A stretch of DNA of 61,388 bases from a virus (taxonomy: Duplodnaviria > Caudoviricetes): positions 1-61,388 of IMG/VR virus record IMGVR_UViG_3300020042_009157. One strand, written 5' to 3'. The translations under genes and the position numbers were made by a program. The notes beneath the pieces were generated by a model. It was given only the letters and a program-made list of their open reading frames with translations, made no database searches and was not told where the DNA came from. Position 1 is the stretch's first letter. Each line of letters begins with the position of its first letter. Shown here piece by piece: positions 8,492-18,485 of the stretch.

Positions 8492-11337
8492 ATTGGGGGG
8501 CTCGGAATTGTTGGTGTTGCTTCATTATTTATTATTTGATTTATATTTACACGACGATCTTTATAAACTGGTGGTATACTCCATAATTTACTACTGGCAG
8601 GAATCAATCCATCACAACGCAACATACGAACTGGTCTCACCTTATACTGGTCTTGTCTGCTAGCTTTATATACACGGTAATTGTTTACGTCACCATTAAC
8701 ATCAATATTCATTGCAATTCCAACAGAACCTGGAGTTGGTGTAGTACTAATTCCTTCATTTTTTGTAAAATCAAAAGCACCTGTAGAAGTCCAGTAAATA
8801 CCGTTTAAGGGTTCTCCATTTACAATTAAATTTTGATTGATATTATAACCAAATACATTTGTTGTGTTTGCTGCAATAAATGCCATTTCATCGTGGCTTG
8901 GTAAATACCATCCAGACATTATTGTATTATTTGCAGTTATTCCTTGAGTATCAGAAGTCAATCCGTCTGGCAATAATCTGGTTACTCTGAATGCGTTTGG
9001 AATACTGGTTACTGCATAAAATGCATTGTATGTGTAATTATACCCTGATAGGTTTACTTGTCGCCAATAAGCATTGTTTGCATTAACAGCTCGAATAGTA
9101 TTGTAAAGACCCCAAGACGTTTTCCAATACCCAAACAGAGAAGGTGTGCTGTAATCAGGAAATGCTCTAGACGCACCCGCATTACCGTTATAAGTAGAAG
9201 CAGAACACGGAACAAATGTGTTAGCAAAAATACTGTAATTTTGTGCTTGTGTTGCACCAGTGAATCCGGTTGTCCAAAATCCTTCTTTATTATTTAATAC
9301 TAGTGTATTATATGATGATGAATTTTGTGTACTATTAATTGTAATATCATTTCCACCTGGCATTGGACCCCAAGACGACCCGGTTGCTCCCCATGGAAAT
9401 GTATTATAATCATACGTTTCATTTGAAGACTTTACATCTAAATTTGAATCAATATAAACATCTTCAGGATAGACTATTAGTACGTAAGATTCATTAATAT
9501 TATTACAATCTTTAGTTATACCGTATGCTGTGTGATCAACATAAGCAGTATAAAATTCTGAATTATACACACTTTCCGGCATACAGCCCGTAACACCAGA
9601 TGGAGAAAATAATGTTTTAGCTCCTAAAATAACACTCTGTCCGGGATTAAACGTACCAACAACAATTCCACCACCGTATTTTGATCCTTGACTAATTGGA
9701 ACACCATCGACAAATCCCAAACAAGACACCGTATTTGGGCATTGAAATAAACCACACGGTTGTTCTGTGCCACCGTAAAATCCATTACTAGCAAAACATG
9801 TAGAAAATGTTGTTTGTGAGCATGCGCCATTTATACAACACGGACCTGTCCCACTAGCACAAACAGAACGACCCAGAGTATCAAAGCAAGAACTAGAATC
9901 GCCTTGATAAAATCCTTTAGAATTTACACAATCACTATAAGACAATTCTTGACAATTTCCTCGGCCATCACAACAAGCACCTAATCTGTCAAATATTTTA
10001 TTACAATCTGTGGTTGCGGTAGTTGTATAATTTCCTGCAAATTTTACTGTTTCAGAAGCCAGTCTCTGTAAACAATCCGTACAAGTAAGTTGGTCGGAAA
10101 TTGCTTCTCGTATTATAGTGGAACCGGAAGTTGTTTCTTGGCAACAACAACCTGGTTTATCACAAATAGAATCACTAGCGGATCCGCAAGTAGTTCCTAC
10201 TCCATGAAAAAAACCACTACAATTAGACGCTATTGTTTGTTCACAAGTGCCATCAGATTTACAACAAGCACCAACAACAGTACCCAAATACGATTGTTGA
10301 GCCATGTTACCGGTAAGAGTAACAACACTGCAGTTTGGTTCAAATAATGTGGCACTGCAATTTGGGGACGTTGGTACAGCAGTAGCATACCATGCTCTAC
10401 CAATACCAAAACAAGAAATTTTCATATCACAGCTGGTATTATCAACAGATAAACAAGGAGCTTGATTTTGTGGCCAAATAAAACCACCAAATCGAGTTTG
10501 TATATTTCTGGGATTTTTTGCACCAGAAATAAATAGGTCAAAAGCGTATACATTGCCATCCTCCGGTGGTGGAGATTTTATCTGTATATTTGCAGTATTA
10601 CCAACAAAATCTGCAACAAATATTCTGGATCTGGCACCAAACATTAACGAGTCGTATTCGGCTGCAAACGGATCAATCGTACAAGTAATACCAGTAATAC
10701 CACTATTTTCAATGTACTGAACGTATACAGCTCCGGTAGAACCGGTCCATCCAGCTCCTCTCACACGCTCAAATACGTTTGCGTTCACAAAACGAACACT
10801 TTGAACAGGAGGACCGGATACATTCAAATAGGTAATACCGGACGTATTTGGTATTCTTTCTAATTTACCAGAAGAATTAAATTTTAAAAGATTTCTATCT
10901 GTAATAGAACTAGGAGCAACAGTTGCTCCTTCAGGAATATTTTGTAAATTTATATCAATATAATTTACGTTATCTGTTACGGTTAAAACGGAATTTGAAT
11001 TGTTTACAAATCGAATAGGACGTAACAGTATATTACTGCCACTAATACCGTAAGCCAAACTAATACCATTACCACTTGTTTGTACACCTAATGTATACGT
11101 GGCATCTCCAGTGGCACCGTATATTTGAGTAGCAGTACCGTAAGTTTCACCGTTAGAGAATGTGGTAATAAGATACCGATTCACCAGAGTGATACCAACA
11201 ATACTTGGTCCTGTGTTTCCTGTTAAACCAATACCAGTGGCACCTGTTATACCGGTAGCACCTGCAGGCCCAGTAGGTCCGGTAACACTGTACTGCGATC
11301 CGAATAGATTAACTGAGCTGGAACTCAGAATGTTCAT
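8488..11337 (-). CDS. Tail-fibre-like protein with GACC repeats and DUF1566-like C-terminus
   Basis: GPTGPAGATG; GACC/GPCC repeats; GSKYGGGIVVG..WYLPSHDEM..YWTST..VRPVR. Confidence 0.72.
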   Translation of the reverse strand: MNILSSSSVNLFGSQYSVTGPTGPAGATGITGATGIGLTGNTGPSIVGITLVNRYLITTFSNGETYGTATQIYGATGDATYTLGVQTSGNGISLAYGISGSNILLRPIRFVNNSNSVLTVTDNVNYIDINLQNIPEGATVAPSSITDRNLLKFNSSGKLERIPNTSGITYLNVSGPPVQSVRFVNANVFERVRGAGWTGSTGAVYVQYIENSGITGITCTIDPFAAEYDSLMFGARSRIFVADFVGNTANIQIKSPPPEDGNVYAFDLFISGAKNPRNIQTRFGGFIWPQNQAPCLSVDNTSCDMKISCFGIGRAWYATAVPTSPNCSATLFEPNCSVVTLTGNMAQQSYLGTVVGACCKSDGTCEQTIASNCSGFFHGVGTTCGSASDSICDKPGCCCQETTSGSTIIREAISDQLTCTDCLQRLASETVKFAGNYTTTATTDCNKIFDRLGACCDGRGNCQELSYSDCVNSKGFYQGDSSSCFDTLGRSVCASGTGPCCINGACSQTTFSTCFASNGFYGGTEQPCGLFQCPNTVSCLGFVDGVPISQGSKYGGGIVVGTFNPGQSVILGAKTLFSPSGVTGCMPESVYNSEFYTAYVDHTAYGITKDCNNINESYVLIVYPEDVYIDSNLDVKSSNETYDYNTFPWGATGSSWGPMPGGNDITINSTQNSSSYNTLVLNNKEGFWTTGFTGATQAQNYSIFANTFVPCSASTYNGNAGASRAFPDYSTPSLFGYWKTSWGLYNTIRAVNANNAYWRQVNLSGYNYTYNAFYAVTSIPNAFRVTRLLPDGLTSDTQGITANNTIMSGWYLPSHDEMAFIAANTTNVFGYNINQNLIVNGEPLNGIYWTSTGAFDFTKNEGISTTPTPGSVGIAMNIDVNGDVNNYRVYKASRQDQYKVRPVRMLRCDGLIPASSKLWSIPPVYKDRRVNINQIINNEATPTIPSPPI

Positions 11338-11362
11338 TTAATGTTTCTCCGGATTATCACGG

Positions 11363-12508
11363 TTATGGCCACAGTGATGGATTTACAATTTGTTTTACTT
11401 GATTCAAACGATTTTCAAGTAGTGTTATTTTTGCTTCCAGATCGGTTATAGAACCAACAGCCACATTTCCAGACACACTAAGAGATGCTATGCTGAGAGC
11501 GTCTGGTATGGTTACTCGGCTAGACTGTTGAGTTTTGATCCATGGAGTAAAGTTTAGGCTGTTTTGAACAGGAGGATTTGTGTCTGTTACAGGCGGCACT
11601 TCAAATTCAGAGATACTAGTGGAAGAAGCACTATATGGATTTCCATTTATTGTTAATGTTTGTGTTGTGTTTATTAAAGATTGTGTGCGTGTTTTAAGTA
11701 TATCAATGTATGGAGAGGGGCTAGTTCCTGATCCGTAGACAGTACCTACAGTAACGCTATTTTGTGTTACTATTCCTCGTGGAGAACTACTAGTCACAGT
11801 ACCACTAGAAACAATAACTCTTTCAATATATCCAGCTGTAGTCCAAGCAGTAACCCATACTTGATATAAATCTGGGTATGTAGACACACTAAAGTAATTA
11901 TTGCTGGTTTGAAGTTGTGTCCATCCACCAGAATTAATAAAACTGGTGTAATTTACATAATCAGCCGGGAAGTACACCACAGAACCTATGGGTAGACCAC
12001 CAACATTTTCGCTGATTGTGGCTTGATTTCCTGCTTTATAACCAACGTAATTAGTGACTACTGCATTGTAAATGCTGTGTGGGGCCACTTGCATGACTGG
12101 TTTAATAATTTTCTCACCAGAAGTGCTCATGTCTACAGTTCCGGTTAAACCACCAGAAACAGTATCACTCAAGAATAAAACGTCTACATTGCCTGCTCCA
12201 CCACTGGTTATAGCACTTAATCTGGAACTGGGGTATTGAATAGATCCAGTTAAAACAACCGTGCAACCACTAGCGTTGACACTTTCAACCACACCTAATA
12301 CTTCAGCTTTTGGTTCTGTGCTTGCTACTGATAGAGTGTACCCTGCGGTTGGTACGTCCCATCGGATAACGTCTCCTGCAGTAATTCCGGTTGTTGGTAA
12401 CCCGTCTGTGGTTTTAATACTAATTGCCAGACGATTAGTGTCTTGAGTTAATATAGTGTACGGGGCAAATACTCGGGTGTTTTGATTTGATGTGGAGAAA
12501 GAGGTCAT
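11363..12508 (-). CDS. Virion/tail structural protein
   Basis: N-terminal GITAGDVIR..AEVLGVV..KPVM domain shared with the adjacent 774-aa protein; C-terminal coiled coil. Confidence 0.65.
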   Translation of the reverse strand: MTSFSTSNQNTRVFAPYTILTQDTNRLAISIKTTDGLPTTGITAGDVIRWDVPTAGYTLSVASTEPKAEVLGVVESVNASGCTVVLTGSIQYPSSRLSAITSGGAGNVDVLFLSDTVSGGLTGTVDMSTSGEKIIKPVMQVAPHSIYNAVVTNYVGYKAGNQATISENVGGLPIGSVVYFPADYVNYTSFINSGGWTQLQTSNNYFSVSTYPDLYQVWVTAWTTAGYIERVIVSSGTVTSSSPRGIVTQNSVTVGTVYGSGTSPSPYIDILKTRTQSLINTTQTLTINGNPYSASSTSISEFEVPPVTDTNPPVQNSLNFTPWIKTQQSSRVTIPDALSIASLSVSGNVAVGSITDLEAKITLLENRLNQVKQIVNPSLWP

Positions 12509-12517
12509 CCGTTATCC

Positions 12518-14842
12518 TTATACGTTAAGATTTAAGTCTGCGTCTGCAACATAGTGGAATGTTAGTGTGTCTAAGTGGGTAGCACCATTCAATATACTTA
12601 AAATCATGCCATTCTTTGAAGCAGAAATTGCTGATATGTTTGGATTTGGCCAAGCTGAAGTTGTTCGGCTGGTTGTGGTATCCCAAGGAAGATTTACTAA
12701 TCCGTCTCCAGAATAACGCATATCTTTTCCAGTATTAACATTGTATGCGTCTCCTTGTTGACCGCTTGGAGAATACAAAGTTATTGTCGGAGTAGTTACA
12801 GTTTCTACTGGAAACGGTATTGTGTAAAATCTTTGTGAATTTAGATTACCAATTTGTAGTTTTTGTTCGTTGAAACGAGAACTGCCGGTGAAACCGTTGT
12901 TTTGATCCCAATCGTAAGTTCTCAGATAATACGGACTACATCTTTCCAGTTCTAGTTTAGGATCTTTATAAATTGCTTCGGTTACATCTCCACCAAGTTC
13001 TAGCTGAACTTGAGCTAAACTGACAGTGGCAGTGCTGGACGGGAACTCTAGTCCGACAGCTAACCAACCGGTTTCTGTTTCTGCTAAAGTAAATCCTGCA
13101 ACAGCTGGAGTGAATGTGTATTGATATTCATTCCATAAAGTGTTCAGTGTGATGCCGGTTGGATAAGTTACATTTACACGAGATTCGGTTGCAGTTTTTA
13201 CCGCAGCAGAATTGGCGTAAGTGTCTTTATATCGGTTATAAACAATATCTAAAGTGGAACCACTCACAGTAGACTTGGCCCAGAATGATAAGGTTGCTTG
13301 TTGTCCTTGAAGCAGTCTGGCTTCGCTTTGAACGTTTTCTAGTCTTGGTCTGTTTTGCGCAGCACTAATACCAGAGTATTGTGTGTTAAAATCCACATAA
13401 TATAGTGGAGAACCTGGTACTGAAGTTTGATTTGAGTCAAAGGTTTGTCTACTGGTGTTTAATGTTAGACCAGAAATGCCGGTTAAACCGTTCTTCACCA
13501 CAAACCATCTGTCAGCAAATGGTGTAGAGTAAGTGTTTAAATTGCCTGCAGTTAATGAAGTTGTTTGTCGTTGCCAGATAGAAAAGGCACCATTAGGAAT
13601 TAAATTATCGTACTCTAAAGCAGCAGTACTTCCGCTAGTTGCAACCGCTCCAGCTCCAACGAATTGACTGCTACCAGATCCTGCTGCATCACGACCAGAA
13701 AGTATTATTTTTGCGTTTGAAGCATCAGTCTTAATAAAATCAACAAACTTGGCTTTATTGAGAGCAGCAGCACCTATACCTGTGATTAAACGACCACCAG
13801 AGTCTAATATTAACTGATCTGTTATTGTTGTTGCTGTAAAGAAATTTGTGTCTAAATCCGAGATAAGTGTATTGAAAGAACCACCAGGCAAAGTAACTTC
13901 TAAAATATATTTAACACCATCATTTACTAATATTTTACTGATCAATCCTAAGAAACTGTTTCCAGTCAACCAAGTTCTGTTAATCGATGAAGCCAAATTT
14001 AAAACATAGCACACATTGTAAGTAGAACCGTTTATTTTTCCGTAAGTTTTTGATGCAAATCTGGCACTATTGCTGTCATTTGTAGTATCGTCTGTAAAGT
14101 AAATTACAGGATCACCAGTTTTTACTGTTGCAGTAGGAGCGTCTGCTATGTCTATTTGAATTACAATTTTATTATCAAGTTCCGCAGTAATACCAGCACT
14201 TATACCTTCAATTTGAATACCACGATAAGGAAGTAAAGCACCAGCATTACCACAAATACCTAAAATCATAGGTTTAGAAACGTAACCGTAAGTTTGTGGT
14301 TCTACTATAGTAATACCACCAGCAACTACAGGATCTAAGAAGTACGCTTGGCCAGCAATCAAGGTACCGCCAGCAATTCCTAAAGCATTTCCCATTATTG
14401 ATGAGAAATTATTACTGTTAATGTATCCGTTAACCGCAACAATATTCGAGGTTGCGTCTTCACCAACAACAATTCCCAGTACTTCAGCGTTTGTTCTAGA
14501 GTCTGCTTTTGCCAGAGTTACACCGCTTGATGTCACACGAACAACATTTCCTGCGGTTAGCCCAGACACTTTAGGAAGTACATTGATGGTTGTGCTGGAA
14601 ACTGTTGGGCTGGAAGCAAAAGAAACTGTTCCGTTAAATTTTACATTACCAGCAAATGTGACACCGGTTGTTACATTATTACTATGAGCAATAGTAAATA
14701 TGCCACTAGAACTACTAACAGTGATGCCGTCACCAGCAAGAATATTATAAACTGTTACACCATTTAATGTGCTAATAACTGTATTGGTTGTGTCGAACCA
14801 AGTTTTAAACGTATCAGTGTATAATAGATTGTTTATTGGCAT
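12518..14842 (-). CDS. Tail-fibre protein with carbohydrate-binding-like C-terminal domain
   Basis: DTFKTWFDTTN baseplate-attachment-type start; NLIPNGAFSIWQR..ADRW..TLSFWAK..AQVQLELG..ELERC.PYY, typical of phage fibre domains. Confidence 0.72.
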   Translation of the reverse strand: MPINNLLYTDTFKTWFDTTNTVISTLNGVTVYNILAGDGITVSSSSGIFTIAHSNNVTTGVTFAGNVKFNGTVSFASSPTVSSTTINVLPKVSGLTAGNVVRVTSSGVTLAKADSRTNAEVLGIVVGEDATSNIVAVNGYINSNNFSSIMGNALGIAGGTLIAGQAYFLDPVVAGGITIVEPQTYGYVSKPMILGICGNAGALLPYRGIQIEGISAGITAELDNKIVIQIDIADAPTATVKTGDPVIYFTDDTTNDSNSARFASKTYGKINGSTYNVCYVLNLASSINRTWLTGNSFLGLISKILVNDGVKYILEVTLPGGSFNTLISDLDTNFFTATTITDQLILDSGGRLITGIGAAALNKAKFVDFIKTDASNAKIILSGRDAAGSGSSQFVGAGAVATSGSTAALEYDNLIPNGAFSIWQRQTTSLTAGNLNTYSTPFADRWFVVKNGLTGISGLTLNTSRQTFDSNQTSVPGSPLYYVDFNTQYSGISAAQNRPRLENVQSEARLLQGQQATLSFWAKSTVSGSTLDIVYNRYKDTYANSAAVKTATESRVNVTYPTGITLNTLWNEYQYTFTPAVAGFTLAETETGWLAVGLEFPSSTATVSLAQVQLELGGDVTEAIYKDPKLELERCSPYYLRTYDWDQNNGFTGSSRFNEQKLQIGNLNSQRFYTIPFPVETVTTPTITLYSPSGQQGDAYNVNTGKDMRYSGDGLVNLPWDTTTSRTTSAWPNPNISAISASKNGMILSILNGATHLDTLTFHYVADADLNLNV

Positions 14843-14846
14843 GGGA

Positions 14847-15572
14847 TTATGCTACCACTATGTTGTAATTATTTTTAAAGGCTACGACTACAGAACTTCC
14901 GGGTCTGCTTGCTGTTATGATTGGCAAAAAGGTTGCGTCTCCTCTACCAACTCTACCAAATACAAAAACTTGTGCTTGTAATCTTGCAGCCCCACACGGA
15001 CCATTGATAACATTGATATTTGATGAGTCTTGCAAAGAGCGGTCTTCTGTTAATCCTGCAGTAGCGTTAGTGGTGCATTGAATAACTCTTTGTTTAATAT
15101 ATATTCCGTAATCACCGTCTAAACTAGAACTGGATGAATTGCTGTAATTGCTTAAAACTCGAACATCCGTATCATTATAAACCCACACTCCAAATCCACC
15201 ATTAAAGTCATTTTGTTTTATTAAATACCAACCAGCTTTAAATGTAATATTCACTTCACCACCAGATGATGTAAAACTTACCAGTGCTGGATCTACTGGA
15301 GTGCAGCCGTTCCACGGAGTTACCAGCATATTAACACCACTTTGTTGTAAATAATTCATGTTATGCCAGTTGGCAAACATGGTTTGGGTTAAAGTTTGTT
15401 GAATATAAAAGTTTTCTTGTAATTCATTTAATTCAGAAGCTTGTAGAGGGAAACCAGGCTTAAATGCAACCGCAAAATAATTTTTTGCAGCATCCATTTG
15501 AGATTCTGATCTGCTTCTGAACGGATTTTGCTTTAGCGGTAAATCGCTGATGAATGGTTGTGGTATTGTCAT
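14847..15572 (-). CDS. DUF4815-like baseplate-associated protein (short)
   Basis: YFAVAFKPGFPLQASELNELQ and GAARLQ motifs. Confidence 0.7.
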   Translation of the reverse strand: MTIPQPFISDLPLKQNPFRSRSESQMDAAKNYFAVAFKPGFPLQASELNELQENFYIQQTLTQTMFANWHNMNYLQQSGVNMLVTPWNGCTPVDPALVSFTSSGGEVNITFKAGWYLIKQNDFNGGFGVWVYNDTDVRVLSNYSNSSSSSLDGDYGIYIKQRVIQCTTNATAGLTEDRSLQDSSNINVINGPCGAARLQAQVFVFGRVGRGDATFLPIITASRPGSSVVVAFKNNYNIVVA

Positions 15573-15574
15573 TT

Positions 15575-15976
15575 TTATATGTCGTTTATATTTATACTAA
15601 TATCAAATCTATAAGTACGCTTAGTACTAGGAAATACGTCAATCGGACTATCGCTTATATTTTGAGGGGAAACTATCTTTCCGCTGTCAGGAGCAATTTC
15701 TGGAGTTACCAGTTCTCTCACTTTATAAACGGTATTGGCAATGGTTACTTCATCATTAACAGCAACTATGTCTCGTTTATCTGCAACATCCACTCTGTAT
15801 CCGGAACCTTCTAAGTTGGTTGATACCAGTCTGACTCTTCCGTTTGGCTTGGTATTTAAACTGGTGTAAAAAATATTATAGCTATTTAAAGCAGGTTTTG
15901 TAACAGAAGTACCTGTGGTTGCTTGATATTGTGATACGGAAAGAGATTCTTGAAATGATCCGGGATCGTATGCCAT
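15575..15976 (-). CDS. Probable detached C-terminal part of baseplate wedge gp8
   Basis: PEIAPDSGKIV..TYRFDISI resembles the PE..SG.I....N C-terminus of gp8; has its own TAAGGA RBS. Confidence 0.5.
   Translation of the reverse strand: MAYDPGSFQESLSVSQYQATTGTSVTKPALNSYNIFYTSLNTKPNGRVRLVSTNLEGSGYRVDVADKRDIVAVNDEVTIANTVYKVRELVTPEIAPDSGKIVSPQNISDSPIDVFPSTKRTYRFDISININDI
15589..15596 (-). promoter_or_regulatory. T4-like late promoter TATAAATA
   Basis: Exact consensus upstream of ATG 15572. Confidence 0.65.
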
Positions 15977-15989
15977 GTATTATTCCTTA

Positions 15990-17357
15990 TTATGCTAGAT
16001 TGAAAAATGGTCCAGTTATAGCAAATGCGTTTGTTTGCATTGGTCTGAAATTGCGGTCGCCTTCTGGATAAATTGCGGGAGCTTCGCTGCCGTAAAACTG
16101 AGGATTACTTAATACTGCAAATTTAGTTATTTGTTCAACATTAACATTGCTTGCGAGTTCGTCACTGGTTATTTGTGCCTTGATTCTATACCGTTTACCA
16201 GGAACTAGTTGAGTTGGATCATTATAAAAATTGCTTGGGAAGTGTACTAATTGAATATAATCATCAACAAACGTGTTATTTAAACTCCAGTCTGTTACTT
16301 CAGTATAGCCAGTACCAGACTCCAGCAACTCAACACCTGTAACCGGATAACGGCCAGTAGTTGGATCTAAACCACTAGTTAATACTCTAACTCTGGCACC
16401 TGTTCCGGTTTGATCTTTAATTGTTATTTCTGGATTTTCTGTGATTGTAGAAGTGTATCCTGGCAAAGTTAATCCACTTAAATCTATACGAGCAGCCATT
16501 ATACCGGTTTCGTTTGTGAAATTGTTAAGAAGATATAAGGCGTACTCTCTGCTTGAGCCTGGAACCAGGGTATATTGTTCTTCTGTTAGCTCGTCTTGCA
16601 GTGTTTTTATTGTTTTTGTGGCTGGGCACAACGGATTTTCTAAAGGATGTGAACTGGTGATACCACCAGAAGTAACACCACTCAAGAAGATAACGTCTCG
16701 GTCTAAAGCGTCTGCCAGCTTCTGGCACTCGAAGCAGTCTGAAAAAATTACTTCGTTGGTTACATCACCTGCGTTATAAACTTCCGATGTTACTTCATCT
16801 ACGCTATTTTCTTTAAAATACAGACAGCAACAACCGTAAGAAGTTAATCCGGTACCACAAAGAGATTCGTATTTGTCTGAAAAAGAACTAAACGCTTGTG
16901 ATTTTCCTAAATTTGGAATAGGAAGATCAGTTTTTGACAAAAATTCTAGTTGAGTAATATCTGTTTTAAAATACGGAATCCAGCTGTATCCATCCTCATA
17001 AGTTTCAATTGTGGGAGTTGTATGTGAGGGAATAATGGTAGAAATTGCAGATTCTTCGTCTATTCGGTTATTTGGTTTGTTGTCTGTACAGATATAAACT
17101 ATTCTATTGCTGGTGTTATACGCATAATAATTTGAAGTAATATCTGGACCCCATGCGGTATACACTTTTCCGTATTGCCATTCATTATTGTCTGCAATTA
17201 ATGCTCTTTCGGTTGCACCAATTCTTCTGGCAACCAAAGAGTCTGCGGTTGGACTAAACGAATTAGGATCACTTTGGCCAGATAAACCACCTAAAACCAA
17301 ATGTAATTCTGGAAATTGTATCTCTTTTAAAAAGTTTTGTGATAATTTTTCGTTCAT
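15990..17357 (-). CDS. gp8: Baseplate wedge gp8-like
   Basis: WQYGKVYTAW..VYICTDN..STIIPSHT..DGYSW motifs; follows gp6-gp7. Confidence 0.8.
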   Translation of the reverse strand: MNEKLSQNFLKEIQFPELHLVLGGLSGQSDPNSFSPTADSLVARRIGATERALIADNNEWQYGKVYTAWGPDITSNYYAYNTSNRIVYICTDNKPNNRIDEESAISTIIPSHTTPTIETYEDGYSWIPYFKTDITQLEFLSKTDLPIPNLGKSQAFSSFSDKYESLCGTGLTSYGCCCLYFKENSVDEVTSEVYNAGDVTNEVIFSDCFECQKLADALDRDVIFLSGVTSGGITSSHPLENPLCPATKTIKTLQDELTEEQYTLVPGSSREYALYLLNNFTNETGIMAARIDLSGLTLPGYTSTITENPEITIKDQTGTGARVRVLTSGLDPTTGRYPVTGVELLESGTGYTEVTDWSLNNTFVDDYIQLVHFPSNFYNDPTQLVPGKRYRIKAQITSDELASNVNVEQITKFAVLSNPQFYGSEAPAIYPEGDRNFRPMQTNAFAITGPFFNLA

Positions 17358-17358
17358 A

Positions 17359-18480
17359 TTATGAGCAGGTTAATCCTGTGTTTGGATAACTTTGTCCGTC
17401 CTTTGGTGTTAAGTACAAGAAATCACCAATATTTATCTCTCCAAATGACATGCCTGAATAATAGTTATCAGATATTTCTGCATCCCAACTGGGAAAAACG
17501 TATATTGGTTGGCCTGTAACGCCACCGTAGGCTCCAGAGCAACCAAATGTATACCCAATACTTGCAGTAGACCCTAGTTTATACAAAGCATAATTTGCCA
17601 AAAATGGCAATTCACTTTTTACGTTACTAGTAGCATCTGATACATTATTAAATATATCTTGTCTTACTTGGAAGAAATCTTTGGTACCAGCAGGATGTAA
17701 TATTGGTTTTACTACATTCTCATAAGCTTCTAAAGACACACCAGAAACGTTAACCACATAAGAATGTTCTTGCCATAAATCATTATCGTAAAGAACAGAA
17801 TAATTTAAATAACTGCCGGTTAATTGTGGATAAAAATCGTCAAGATTGGTAGAGTAATTCGTGGCAGAATCCAGATTGTCCGACATCCAATCATATCTAC
17901 CTCCGTTTAATCGTAAAACGTATCGTTTAGGATATGATATGGATATTAAATCTGGATCTACACCAAAAAATTCATTAATTACGTATTTAAATCCGTCTTC
18001 AGTTCCCTTTTTAGAGTAAAGATTTACTTTAATATTATCAATAATATTTTTAACTTTTTCCGGGCTAACAATATTATTATTAATGGAATCAGCAGGTAAA
18101 GCGTTTAAATACGTATTAGATAAATGTTCAATTAATTCTTCTGGAATATTTTCTAAATCTATAAGATCTTCTAAACGAAAAAAGCTTAAAGTGTTTATAT
18201 CTTTAGTATTACAAGTCAACCACTGATAATATTTTTCGGTTAATGATATTAAAACAGAATCACCATTAGAAGTTAATCTTAACCAATAAGGAAAAAGTTC
18301 TCGTATATTTAACGGGTAATTACAAGAAGTAGTTAAATCTACTGTTGGAGCGTAAAAAGAAACTACTGGTTGTGCTAATGATTTAAATTCAACTCTTGGC
18401 TCAATATCAAAAATAGAAAGGTCTCGGTTTGTACCATATTCTTTGTTTTGTTTATTTTTATTGAAGAATAATAGTATCAT
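17359..18480 (-). CDS. gp7: Baseplate wedge gp7-like
   Basis: YYQWL..LYSKKGTEDGFKY..YPK..WQEHSYVV..VKPILHPAG. Confidence 0.8.
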   Translation of the reverse strand: MILLFFNKNKQNKEYGTNRDLSIFDIEPRVEFKSLAQPVVSFYAPTVDLTTSCNYPLNIRELFPYWLRLTSNGDSVLISLTEKYYQWLTCNTKDINTLSFFRLEDLIDLENIPEELIEHLSNTYLNALPADSINNNIVSPEKVKNIIDNIKVNLYSKKGTEDGFKYVINEFFGVDPDLISISYPKRYVLRLNGGRYDWMSDNLDSATNYSTNLDDFYPQLTGSYLNYSVLYDNDLWQEHSYVVNVSGVSLEAYENVVKPILHPAGTKDFFQVRQDIFNNVSDATSNVKSELPFLANYALYKLGSTASIGYTFGCSGAYGGVTGQPIYVFPSWDAEISDNYYSGMSFGEINIGDFLYLTPKDGQSYPNTGLTCS

Positions 18481-18485
18481 TTGTA

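Noticed and set aside
1439-11337. Diversity-generating retroelement acting on the DUF1566-like ends
   Set aside because: No reverse transcriptase and no template/variable repeat pair are visible in the window; a remote DGR cannot be excluded.
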